DNA of 64,000 bases, taken from positions 2,252,274 to 2,316,273 of the forward strand of contig NC_071110.1 in assembly GCF_024256425.1 (NCBI RefSeq). Direction: 5' to 3'. This document shows, piece after piece, positions 47,959-58,600 of the stretch (its first letter is position 1; every line of letters begins with the position of its first letter). This DNA comes from Clarias gariepinus (taxonomy: Eukaryota). The translations under genes and the position numbers were made by a program. The notes under the pieces were generated by a model, which was not told where the DNA came from, ran no database searches, and saw only the letters and a program-made list of their open reading frames with translations.

Positions 47959-49233
47959 CAGTGCATTCAGAAAGTATCCACAGCGCATCACTTTTTCCAC
48001 ATTTTGTTATGTCACAGCCTTATTCTAAAATGGATTTAAAAAAAATTCCTCAGAATTCGACACACAACACCCCATAATGACAACGTGAAAACGGTTTACT
48101 TAAGATTTTTGCAAATTGATTAAACGTTTAAAAATTGAGAAAGCACATGTACTTTACATAAGTATTCACAGCCTTTGCCATGACGCTCAAAATTGAGCTC
48201 AGGCGCGTCCTATTTCTCCAATTATCCTTGAGATGTTTCTGCAGCTTAATTGGAGTCCACTTGTGGTAAATTCAGTAGATTTGACATGATTTGGAGAGAC
48301 ACACACCTGTCTATATAAGGACCCACAGTTGACAGTTCATGTCAGAGCACAAACCAAGCATGAAGTCAAAGGAATTGTCTGTAGACCTCCGAGACAGGAT
48401 TGTCTCCAGGCACAAATCTGGGGAAGGTTACAGAAAAATTTCTGCTGCTTTGAAGGTCCCAATGAGCACAGTGGCCTCCATCACCCGTAAGTGGAAGAAG
48501 TTCGAAACCACCAGGACTCTTCCTAGAGCCGGCCGGCCATCTAAACTGAGCGATCGGGGAAGAAGGGCCTTAGTCAGGGAGGTGACCAAGAACCCGATGG
48601 TCACTCTCTCAGAGCTCCAGAGGTCCTCTGTGAAGAGGGGAGAACCTTCCAGAAGGACAACAATGTCTGCAGCAATCCACCAATCAGGCCTACTGTATAT
48701 AGTAGAGTGGCCAGAAGGAAGCCACACCTTAGTAATAGGCACATAGCAGACCTCCTGGAGTTTGCCAAAAGGCACATGAAGGACTCTTAGACCACGAGAA
48801 ACAAAATTCTCATGTCTGATAAGATTCTCTGGCGACTCTACCATATAGGCCTGATTGGTTGGATTGCAGTGTGTGTAGGTGTGTGCCTTTCCAAATCATG
48901 TCCAATCAACTGAATTTACCACAGGTGGACTTCAATTAAGCTGCAGAAACATCTCAAGGATGATCAGGGGAAACAGGATGATCAGGGGAAACAGGATGTG
49001 TCTGAGCTCAATTTTACAAAGGCTGTGAATACCTATGTACTTGTGCTTTCTCATTTTTTTTTTTTTTATATTTTTTGCAAAATTCTCAAGTAAACTTTTT
49101 TCATGTTGTCATTATGGAGTGTTGTGTGTAGAATTCTGAGAAAAAAATGAATTTAATCAATTTTAGAATAAGGCTGTGACATAACAAAATGTGGAAAAAG
49201 TGATGCACTGTGAATACTTTCCCGGATGCACTG
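47959..49233 (+). mobile_element. Internally deleted Tc1-like element (second family)
   Basis: Inverted terminal repeats are CAGTGCATTCAGAAAGTATCCACAGCGCATCACTTTTTCCACATTTTGTTATGTCACAGCCTTATTCTAAAAT and its reverse complement at 49130-49233. The internal ORF keeps only the transposase N-terminus. Confidence 0.7.
48339..48746 (+). pseudogene. Truncated Tc1 transposase (N-terminal paired-like DNA-binding region only)
   Basis: MSEHKPSMKSKELSVDLRDRIVSRHKSGEGYRKISAALKVPMSTVASITRKWKKFETTRTLPRAGRPSKLSDRGRRALVREVTKNPMVTLSELQRSSV... then diverges. The catalytic DDE part is missing. Confidence 0.65.
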
Positions 49234-49274
49234 GAGAAGATAAACCATATTAATACATTTTAACGTATCTGTAG

Positions 49275-49379
49275 ATGAGCTGCTCCAATGACTGCAGGCT
49301 TAAACTGTGGGACATTCAGACAGGAAGTTGCATCAGAGAGGTCTCGACTGCATCCTCTGTGGGCTCGCTGTGCTGCTGG
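49275..49379 (+). CDS. tep1: TEP1 exon 43 (WD)
   Basis: Encodes ...SNDCRLKLWDIQTGSCIREV..., matching human SCSSDGSVGLWDPESGQRLGQF. Confidence 0.75.
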
Positions 49380-49512
49380 GTGAGTCCATGGGTGTGTTCC
49401 TGACAGTAATAACTAAAACAAGGTCACTGAACTGTCCATCTGTCTATCATTCTTATGTGTCTATCTTTCTGTATATTTTCTAACGTCCTGCATATGTCCC
49501 TGTCTTTTAGAC

Positions 49513-49514
<2 letters not shown>

Positions 49515-49568
<54 letters not shown>
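49515..49568. repeat. (ATCT)n microsatellite
   Basis: ctatctatcta... run. Confidence 0.9.
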
Positions 49569-49692
49569 ATTGTCTGTCTGTTTTTGTCTCTGCCTGTCTA
49601 TCTTTTTCTACTAGTTACTATATATATTTAAATATTGTAAATTTATGTGGGTGTAATTATGTACTCTGTGTGTGTGTGTGTGTCGGCTGCAG

Positions 49693-49819
49693 GAGGACTA
49701 TGTGATGTTGGGTTCTGCTGATGGACTGCTGACAGTGTGGAAATCTAATCTTGGAGTAATTGCTGAAATCAAAGCTCATCTTTCCCGCATCCACCACACC
49801 ACTATCATACCTAAACCAG
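49693..49819 (+). CDS. tep1: TEP1 exon 44 (WD)
   Basis: Encodes EDYVMLGSADGLLTVWKSNLGVIAEIKAH..., matching human EEHVVSVSRDGTLKVWDHQGVELTSIPAH. Confidence 0.75.
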
Positions 49820-50105
49820 GTTACTCTCACACACACACACACACACACACACATTATATAGAGTTATACTTACATAAATATCTGAACAAAAATCAGATAA
49901 CCAGTATCAACACACAGACTCACACTTTTGTAAGACACACACGATGTCTCACTTTGCCATTACTTGCTAATTTTCTGCAGCACATCTTCCCGTTCACAGC
50001 CACTCGGCCACGCCCACTGCTGCCATCGTCTCATATCCGCATCAAAAATATAACTGGAATATAACACAAAATTATCATTTATTAGTTTCTTGAATATATT
50101 CACAG

Positions 50106-50185
50106 GACTGGTGAAGAATCCCGAGGACGTCCTGATCGCTACAGCATCTGATGATGGATCTGTAAAGCTCTGGCAACCGCTACAG
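50106..50185 (+). CDS. tep1: TEP1 exon 45 (WD)
   Basis: Encodes LVKNPEDVLIATASDDGSVKLWQPLQ, matching human ...LLVVTVGLDGATRLWHPLL. Confidence 0.7.
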
Positions 50186-50494
50186 GTAAAAACTATCTCA
50201 GATACTGAATTAAACCTGGTCATGAAACAATATCACTAAACTGTTACGTTATCACGGTGGAACCTTTGGGCTACTGTGTAGGACAACTTTGACATAGCTC
50301 GTCTAGCGAAACACTCGCAATCCAGGTTACTCACAGTCCGAGGTTCCACTGTATTTCTATAGTAACAGCTCATAAACACATTTAAAATGTGTGTAATGAT
50401 TAATATGGTAAGGTTTTCTTCAAGGGACATTTATTTAACGTTATTTCCTATGTAGAGTTTGTGCAGCTGTCTCATAATTCATCTCTGTCTGTAG

Positions 50495-50618
50495 GTTGAG
50501 CACCGCAGCACTCTGCTTGGTCACAGTGGAGGTGTTCGTGCTTTAGCGAGCGGCTCTGGTCCACACTTCCTCACTGTGTCTGACGATCGCAGTCTCAGAG
50601 CCTGGAGCGTTAATACAG
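50495..50618 (+). CDS. tep1: TEP1 exon 46 (WD)
   Basis: Encodes VEHRSTLLGHSGGVRALASGSGPHFLTVSDDRSLRAWSVNT, matching human VCQTHTLLGHSGPVRAAAVSETSGLMLTASEDGSVRLWQV. Confidence 0.85.
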
Positions 50619-50826
50619 GTGTGCAGTCTGATCATCATCACCCTTACGTATTTATTTGTGTCTCTGTTTCTATTAGTTTAATATTAAAACATTTACACAC
50701 TCATTTCTGTTTTAATAATGTTATAAAATCCAAAGTTACAGCTTTACCTCTGGGTGTTTCAAAGCAATGACACTGGAGACCACTTTCAGAATGCTTAAAC
50801 ACGTTTATACTTGTGTGTGTGTGTAG

Positions 50827-50957
50827 GCCTGCCCCCCAGAACGATGGAGAGTGTGAGTGCGATGTGTTTCCTGGAGCTGCAGGATGTCCTGGTGTGTGCT
50901 TTCAGCTCCGGCAGACTGGAGATGTGGCAGCAGCTCAATCTCCTTTACTCCAATAAG
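50827..50957 (+). CDS. tep1: TEP1 exon 47
   Basis: Phase-consistent. Encodes LPPRTMESVSAMCFLELQDVLVCAFSSGRLEMWQQ..., matching human IPRSSAAVTAVAWAPDGSMAVSGNQAGELILWQE. Confidence 0.65.
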
Positions 50958-51227
50958 GTGAGTTTAACAAAGCGGCGTGTTTATGATTATCCTCACGTAC
51001 CAAACTACACACGTCACATCGTCACATAGTCATGTGCCAAAGTGGATTTTCGACCTGCTTTATTTAGATCATTAAAATCACCATCATGTAGGTCACACCT
51101 CTGAGGCTATTTTATCTGGAGTATTATAAGTTAAGTGTCTGAGTCAAGGCTTTTTTAACAAACCAATGCTTTTATACTTAAACACTCACTTTATGCTTTA
51201 GGGAATAGAAACTGCAGACTGAAGAAG

Positions 51228-51432
51228 CAGACCAATACATTTATATTTACATTTGGGCATTTGGCAGACGCTCTTATCCAGATCTTATACATCTCATTAT
51301 ACATCTGAGAAGTTGAGGGTTAAGGGCCTTGCTCAAGGGCCCAACAGTGGCAATTTGGTGGTTGTGGGGTTTGAACCTGGGATCTTCCGAACCGTAGTCC
51401 AATGCCTTAACCACTGAGCTACCCCTGGCCCA
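51228..51432 (-). mobile_element. tRNA-derived SINE (family B)
   Basis: ttggcagacgctcttatccag...gggttaagggccttgctcaagggcccaacagtggcaatttggtggttgtggggtttgaacctgggatcttccgaaccgtagtccaatgccttaaccactgagctacccctggccca. Confidence 0.75.
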
Positions 51433-51567
51433 ATAGTCAGACTGATGTTATGAGACAGACAGACAGATGCGATACATATATCAGTTTGTGCCTGTTAATC
51501 AATGTGTCTATATGTCTGATGTTTTTTGTTAATATTCTCTTTGTATAGTATGTGGATATGCATAAAA

Positions 51568-51611
<44 letters not shown>

Positions 51612-51733
51612 TTGAGTGATAGCTGTATCACTGCATTATGCAGTTTGCCAGATGAGCGGTTAGCGGTGGGTTGCACTGATACGTCGGTGAACGTGTGGAA
51701 GCTGGAGAGAGACTCACAGCAGTGTATCACTGG
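51612..51733 (+). CDS. tep1: TEP1 exon 48 (WD)
   Basis: Encodes LSDSCITALCSLPDERLAVGCTDTSVNVWKLERDSQQCIT. Phase 0 in, phase 2 out. Flanked by (GT)n and (CA)n microsatellites. Confidence 0.6.
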
Positions 51734-51734
51734 G

Positions 51735-51735
51735 T

Positions 51736-51792
<57 letters not shown>
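51735..51792. repeat. (CA)n microsatellite directly after the exon 48 donor
   Basis: acacac run. A mirrored (GT)n at 51570-51610 precedes the same exon. Confidence 0.9.
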
Positions 51793-51796
<4 letters not shown>

Positions 51797-52273
51797 TATA
51801 ACACAGCAAGCATGATATGTAAAGGTGCGATTAAGTTATATACTATAATAAATCATTGATAACTAGAGTTTAGAAGGCTCGAGGATCATTCCCTGCTATG
51901 ACTGTGTGTTCTAAAAGTGCAGTTGCATAACAGGAATTGTGTTTTAGTTTATTTATAGTCCACTTTGTTGTGGTTACCAACTGTCAACCGATGTAGACTT
52001 GGGTACAAAACTGTTTATTGTAATTTCAGTCCTAAAACTATTCGAGCGATTTCACTCACAAGCATCATGAAAAAGTGAAATGGTTTGTGCCAAACGCAGT
52101 ACTTGGAAACATCAGTGGATCGGCCCCCAGTAATCAGATGTATCTATAATCAGACCATATGAGACATTCTCAGCAGCAGTTGTTTTTTAATTTAATTTAT
52201 TGACAAATGTAAAAGATAATGACTATTTTTATTTTTATTGTAAATTTTACTGTTTTTCTTTTTTTTATTCCAG

Positions 52274-52420
52274 TCTTTCTAAAGTTCACTCGTACAATCT
52301 GAAGAGCAGTGCGTTGTTCCTGCACTACAGCACCACTCTGCTGGCAGTGCGTGTGGGCGTCAACATTGTCGACATCTTTCCAAATGCACGAGGGAAACAC
52401 CGAAGTACTCAAAGTTCGGA
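52274..52420 (+). CDS. tep1: TEP1 exon 49
   Basis: Encodes ...KSSALFLHYSTTLLAVRVGVNIVDIF..., matching human IWSSAHTFFVLSADEKISEWQVKL. GTAAG donor at 52421. Confidence 0.55.
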
Positions 52421-52438
52421 GTAAGCCAGATCTCTCTT

Positions 52439-52494
<56 letters not shown>

Positions 52495-53525
52495 TTTGAA
52501 CCATTGCATAGTCCCTAAATTAAAACTATTTGCAGTGTAATAGATTTTACTTTAAGACTGCATTAAGACTGGTTAAATTACTGGGCTGCATCAAGCACCG
52601 GAAACAATTAAGTAGACTTAAAATTACTGAAACTGGGTTAAGAAGAGTCCAATGCATTATTAAACCCCGTAAGGACTGAGCTGAATCTTCAACTTTGTGA
52701 AAGACATGTGGTCAAAAAGATCACGAATGGAGGTAAGTTAAACGTGGTAAGATGCATGGTAACATACTGACCTTAGAAATCACAGCTTTGTTTAATAGTA
52801 AGTAAGAAAGTAAATGTGATGAGAACTCAAAGGATCGGGACTGAACTGCTGTGTGTCCATATGAAAACCACTTGTTAGTGAGACTCCACTAGTGTCCACA
52901 GTACAAGCCTCTGGAGACAGTGTTATAATCTGGGGTTGCTTCAGTTGCTCAGGTCTAGACTCAGCAACGTTATGTACAATAAGACAATAAAATGAAGTCA
53001 GCTGACGACCTGAATGTACTGAATGACCTGGTTATCACATCCATGGAGCTTTTCTTCCCTGATGGAACAGGCATATTCCATGATTAATGTTGTGAAATTG
53101 TGGTTCAGGGAGCATGAGGAATCATTTTCACACATGAATTTAAAGCTAAAGGCAGCCAATTTATTTATTTTTTTTGGCCAGGCAGTTGCACTAATATACA
53201 ATTTTTTTGGAAATGTGTGTATTTTTTCCAACTCAGTAACGCAGATATGTAAAAATAAGTAAAATTAGAAATGTAAAAAAAAAAAATAATAAATAAAAAA
53301 AATATATATATAAAATATTTAGCCTAATTATTGTGCTCTTTAGCCTCTTGGTTTTTTACCTTAAAATAGTAATTATTGCGTTCTTGGAGTTTCCTCAGAC
53401 AACCCGCCTAACTAGTGGACCAAAAATAGAACTTTATAAAACGCCATATTGCACTCAGACATGCAATTTTTATCCCTAGTTTTGAGAGTGATTGTTTTTC
53501 TCACACTGAATTGTGTTCATCTCAG

Positions 53526-53625
53526 TTTTCATTTTGATGACCACGTGTTGTGTATTGAGGGAAACGGCGAAGACGGCATGTGGCTGGTGGTGGAAAAGGA
53601 TGACATTCCTGTACTGGCATACCTG
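53526..53625 (+). CDS. tep1: TEP1 exon 50
   Basis: AG/GTGAG flanked, phase 2 in and phase 0 out (FHFDDHVLCIEGNGEDGMWLVVEKDDIPVLAYL). Weak conservation. Confidence 0.45.
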
Positions 53626-53644
53626 GTGAGTTTAGACACACAAG

Positions 53645-53696
<52 letters not shown>

Positions 53697-55381
53697 CAGA
53701 CTATGACTTGTAGTACTCATACAGTGACTTGCAAAAGTATTCATACCTTTTAAAAAATTTCCACATTTTCTCACATTACAACTACAAATATAAATGTTTT
53801 TTTTTTGGATTTTATGTGAAAGACAAACACAAAGTGGGACATAATTATGAAATGGAAGGAAAATAATATATGATTTTTTTAAATAAACATTTTTACTTTT
53901 TACAAATAAATATCTGAAAAGTGTGGTGTCCAGATTTTTGCCCATTCTTCTGTGCAGAATAACACAAGCTCAATTGGATTTAGGTCTGGATTTTGACTGG
54001 GCCATTCTAACACGTGAATATGCCTTGATCTACAAACCCGATTCCAAAAAGTTGGGACACTGTACAAATTGTGAATAAAAACAGAATGCAATGATGTGAA
54101 AGTTTCAAATTTAAATATTTTATTTAGAATACAACATAGATGACATATCAAATGTTTAAACTAAGAAAAAGTATAATTTTAAGGAAAAAATAAGTTGATT
54201 TTAAATTTCATGGCATCAACACATCTCAAAAAAGTTGGGACAAGGCCATGTTTACCACTGTCTGGAATCCAAACTTCTTTTTATAACAGGCTGCAAACAT
54301 GATGTTGTAATTGATGCAGTACTGTATGTGGTCTGGCGTTTTCATGTTGGAAAATGCAAGGCCTTCCCTGGAAGAGACGACGTCTGGATGAGAGCATATG
54401 TCGTTCTAGAACTTGGATATACCTTTCAGCATTGATGGTGCCTTTCCAGATGTGTAAGCTGCCCATGCCACACGCACTCATGCAGCCCCGTACCATCAGA
54501 GATGCAGGCTTCTGAACTGAGCGCTGGTAACACCTTGGGTTGTCCTTGTCCTCTTTAGTCTGGATGACATGGCGTCCCAGTTTCTCAAAAAGAACTTTAA
54601 ATTTTGATTCGTCTGACCACAGAAGAGTTTTCCACTTTTCCACAGTCCATTTTAAATAAGCCTTGGCCCAGAGAAAACGCCTGCACTTCTGGATCATGTT
54701 TAGATGTGTTTTTTTTATAAAAATATTTTTTACCTATAGAGTTTTAGCCGGCAATGGCGAATGGCACGGTGGATTGTGTTCACCGACAATGTTTTTTGGA
54801 AGTATCCCTGAGCCCATGTTGTAATTTCCATTACAGTAGCATTCCCTTAAGTGATGCAGTGCCGTCTAAGGGCCCGAAGATCACGGGCATAACTGTGCTT
54901 TGAAGTTCTCCACAACTTCCCTGACTTGTCTGGCCTGTGTTCCTTGGGCTTCATAATGCTGTTTGTTCACTAATCGTCTCTCAAAAACCTCTGAGAAAAA
55001 AACCTATCTACTAATTGGGTGACTTCTAAATTCTGCAAACCATTCATCATTTTACTTCCACTACATAATTCTGTGCCGCTTTGTGTTGGTCTTTCACATA
55101 AAATCCCAATAAAATACATTTACGTTTGTGGTTGTAACATGACAAAATGTTGAAACATTTAAGGGGTATAAAACATTTGCAAGGTACTACAGTATAAGCA
55201 TATGACTCCTAATTCTGGTTCTCATTCAAGATTAAGACTTATTTATCATTGTATTTGCAGCATCCTCGTTACAAAGGAAAAAAAGGGGAACAAGGAAGAA
55301 AAAGAAAAAGAAAAGGAAAACAAAAAAAAAAAGAAGCTAAAGGGGGGCTGTTGTTAGAAGCAAATGTAAGCCTGAAATCAG

Positions 55382-55792
55382 GTATCGATCAGACGCAGAC
55401 GGAGGAGGGGAAGAAAGACCATCATCATCAGGAGGAGGAGGAAGAAATGCAGGAGGGAGAGGAGGAGCAAGATCATCATCATAAGGATAAAGACACGGAG
55501 GATGAATCGGGGAAGGAGCAAAACCATGATCATCAGGAGGAGGAGGAAATGCAAGAGGAGGAGGAGGAGCATAATCATCATCAGGAGGAGGAGGAGAAAG
55601 AAATGCAGGAGGGAGAGGAGGAGCAAGACTCTCGTCAGGTGGAGGAAGACCATCATCCAGAAGAGGAAGACGATCATCAGGAGGGGGAAGAAATGCAAGA
55701 GGACGAGGAGGAGGACGAGCAAGATCTTCATAAGAAGGAGGAGAAACGTAAAAACAGGAAGTACAGGATCACGGCTGCTGCTTTACATGAAG
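55382..55792 (+). CDS. tep1: TEP1 exon: long Glu/His/Gln-rich low-complexity segment ending ...KRKNRKYRITAAALHE
   Basis: Long open frame in (GAGGAG)n-like DNA. It ends at a GT donor in phase 1, which is what the next conserved exon requires. Its terminus ITAAALHE plus the next exon DLVVCGNSKGHMWFNE resembles human ISITQ...FLCASSDGILWNL. The upstream acceptor is uncertain, and exon(s) between 53626 and 55381 are missing from this model. Confidence 0.45.
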
Positions 55793-55868
55793 GTGTGTTA
55801 ACTTCACACACTTTAGAGCAGCCATAAGGTTATTTTTGTATTTAAATAATTTTTTATGTAATTTGTGA

Positions 55869-55918
<50 letters not shown>

Positions 55919-56287
55919 TGCTTAGGTGATAATGCATCAGTTTGTGATTTATTTTTATTAACATTTCCATGCTGTTAGTTAATTGATAAATAAATAAATG
56001 TAAGTAAATAAAGAAATAAAACAATACTTTATTAATCTAGTAAAATATACACTGGATTACAATGAAACCTTGGATTGCGAGTAACACTTTTTAATACATT
56101 TTGACTAGGTAAACGAACATGTCTTGGTTTGCGAGTACCGAGTATCATGTATCACACTGGTATAATCAACATCCATGCGCGTGTACTGTTTACTATAACA
56201 CCGTGACCACGTGTGCGTGCATAAAACATATTTTAGTTTGTGTGTGAAGGTGCATGATTTTAAGTACTTAGGGTCAACGGTCCAGAG

Positions 56288-56470
56288 CAAAAAAAAAAAA
56301 CAACCATTTACATATTTGGCAGAGGCTCTTATCCAGAGCGACTTACATTTTTATCTTATTATACATGAGGGTTAAGGGCCTCACTCAAGGGCCCAACAGT
56401 GGCAACTTGGTGGTTGTGGAGTTTGAACCTGGGATCTTCCGAACCGTAGTCCAATGCCTTAACCACTAAG
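56288..56470 (-). mobile_element. tRNA-derived SINE (family B)
   Basis: Near-identical to the copy at 51228-51432. Confidence 0.75.
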
Positions 56471-57667
56471 CTACCTCTGGCCAATTAGAGAGAGAGAGAG
56501 CAAAAACTTTAAGAGTGGACAAATCAAAAGTCTGATATGTTCTTAGAAAAAATGAATGAACCGGTGAACTCAGCAACATCCATAGGTCAGGAAGAGCACA
56601 AAAGACAACTAAAGTTGATGATCACAGAATTCTTTCTTTGGTATAAAAAAAAAAACCTCATTCACAACATCTAGCCAAGTCAAGAACACTCTGCTGGTAA
56701 TTGATGATGTGACTGCAGATAAAAGTATCAGGGTGAATTCTGAAATGTATAAAGCTCTACCCTCTGCTCAGATTCCCAACAAACATAGGGAAAGTACCCC
56801 AAGGGACAAAAATGGAATGGAATGGTGTAAAAGAGCAGAGTATTTCACCTGACCTCAACCCACTTGAGCATACTTTTTAGATACTTTACTGAAGACAGAA
56901 ATGAAGGTAGAAAGGCCGACAAACAAACAGTACCTGAATGGCCTGGCAAAGAATCTCAATGGAGCAAAATGCATATGGTAATGTCCATGGGTTCCAGACT
57001 TCAGGCGGTCATTGGCTACAAAGCTTTTGCTTCCAAGTATACATTTTAATTCAATTTTAATGGTAGAGCACATTGAACAATTGACATGGTCACAACGCAG
57101 CTTTACCAGAATAAAAATCCTAGATACAGTATAAATTATTAATATTTCTCTATTATTAAATTATTATATTTATCTCTATTGAGAAAGTCAGAGGTAAGGT
57201 AACTGATCAGAAACAAACAAGAACATCACTGCAGAGTGGAAGGAACTAAAGATCCTGTTGCCAAGGCAGGAAGGACCCTTTAAACATTTTAAATATTATA
57301 AACAAAATAAACAGGTGAAAGATGCAGCCGTTGGTGAGTCACATGCGGAGCTCAAACCATGGCAGAGTAAAGTTAACTTTATTATCATACTGCTTATTGA
57401 AATGATGGAGAGAACATTTTTACTGCAACATCAGACTTTGGTATGTGAAAAATATACCAATGTTCTACAATGTGCAAACACGTTGTAGAAACTTTATTAA
57501 TAAACAAACATTTTAAGTGAAATGAATAATGTGCGTGTGTGTGTGTGTGTGTGTGTATTAAGGTCAGGGTTTGTCTTGCACCCTACCTTTATTCCACCAT
57601 AAACACACTCGTTATGTCAGTAGACACACAATGACACATTCTCTGTATTTTATTGTTTTATCCACAG

Positions 57668-57750
57668 ATCTGGTTGTATGTGGAAATTCAAAGGGTCACA
57701 TGTGGTTTAATGAGACGCCGACCCTGAGCTCCTGGACTCCGAGGAGACGT
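57668..57750 (+). CDS. tep1: TEP1 penultimate-region exon (WD)
   Basis: Encodes (D)LVVCGNSKGHMWFNETPTLSSWTPRRR. GTGAGT donor. It is needed to keep phase with the flanking exons. Confidence 0.6.
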
Positions 57751-58082
57751 GTGAGTCTGACGCTCATCTACGTTGAGAACCTTTTCATATTTTAGCCTTT
57801 CTTTAAAGTTTTATTTAACAAACAGCTTCATTTACTTTTAATCATTTAACACACTCCCTGCTGCTGATTTAGGAGTTAATATTTATGCTATTTATAAAAC
57901 ACCTACGATGGAGACTCTTTTATTTACTAAAAAGTTGTAATTTACACTACTGTCAGAGCTGCAGGTTTAGATTTAAATCATCGTGGTCTGATGGATAAGT
58001 GGACTGTGGTGTAAATATAGAGAGTGGAAAAGTTTAAAGTTCCTGAATCTACACTGAAGTAAATGTGATGTGAATGCTGCAG

Positions 58083-58185
58083 GTGCACAGTGACAGAATC
58101 AGTGTGCTGCGTCTGACGGAGAGCATCATCATCTCAGCCTCGTACGACAGGACCATCAAACTGTGGGACAGGAAGACTAAGAAAC

Positions 58186-58187
<2 letters not shown>
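58083..58187 (+). CDS. tep1: TEP1 exon (WD)
   Basis: Encodes VHSDRISVLRLTESIIISASYDRTIKLWDRKTKKQ, matching human IHSGSVTALHVLPELLVTASKDRDVKLWERPSMQ. Confidence 0.85.
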
Positions 58188-58223
<36 letters not shown>

Positions 58224-58287
58224 CTGTGGTATAGTAATGTGATAGTAATTGTTTAGTGTGTGCTTAATCTCTCTCTCTCTCTCCCAG

Positions 58288-58407
58288 CTTGGCCTGTTTG
58301 TGTGTGACGCTCCAGTCGAGGTTCTGCAGGTGAACCCGAATGACCCGAGTCAGATCGTGTGTGGAGACGCACTGGGGCAAATCTACTTCCTGTCCTGGAA
58401 GGGCTAA
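58288..58407 (+). CDS. tep1: TEP1 terminal exon with TAA stop
   Basis: Encodes LGLFVCDAPVEVLQVNPNDPSQIVCGDALGQIYFLSWKG*, matching the human C-terminus LLGLFRCEGSV...LAVGDVQGNVYFLNWE. Confidence 0.85.
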   Translation, partial: LGLFVCDAPVEVLQVNPNDPSQIVCGDALGQIYFLSWKG

Positions 58408-58594
58408 TTAACATCCTCACACTGCACACACCATCAGTTTAACACTCAACATGCTCTGATTTTGTCACTTTATCACTTTGTACAAGTGCAACTTGGTACA
58501 AAACATAAATGTTTACACACTACACACTTGCACTTAACTTTATGTTGTGCTTACTTTTATGCACTTACCTAGATGTAGTATATGTGAGGGGACA

Positions 58595-58600
58595 AATAAA
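58595..58600 (+). terminator. Candidate TEP1 polyadenylation signal (AATAAA)
   Basis: First AATAAA downstream of the stop, about 190 nt away. Others follow at about 58684 and 58940. The real poly(A) site is unknown. Confidence 0.3.

Noticed and set aside
51437-53945. ORFs made of CVCVCV / HTHTHT (e.g. 51437-51787, 52197-52490, 53529-53945, 21916-22173)
   Set aside because: These are translations of (CA)n/(GT)n microsatellites.
55249-55827. Treating the whole 192-aa ORF from 55249, and the overlapping ORFs 55378-55731 (-) and 55502-55801 (+), as genes
   Set aside because: The 5' part (GKKGEQGRKRKRKGKQKKK...) is poly-purine intron sequence. The overlapping ORFs are other frames of the same GAG-rich repeat. 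Only the frame ending ...ITAAALHE at a phase-1 GT donor is supported.
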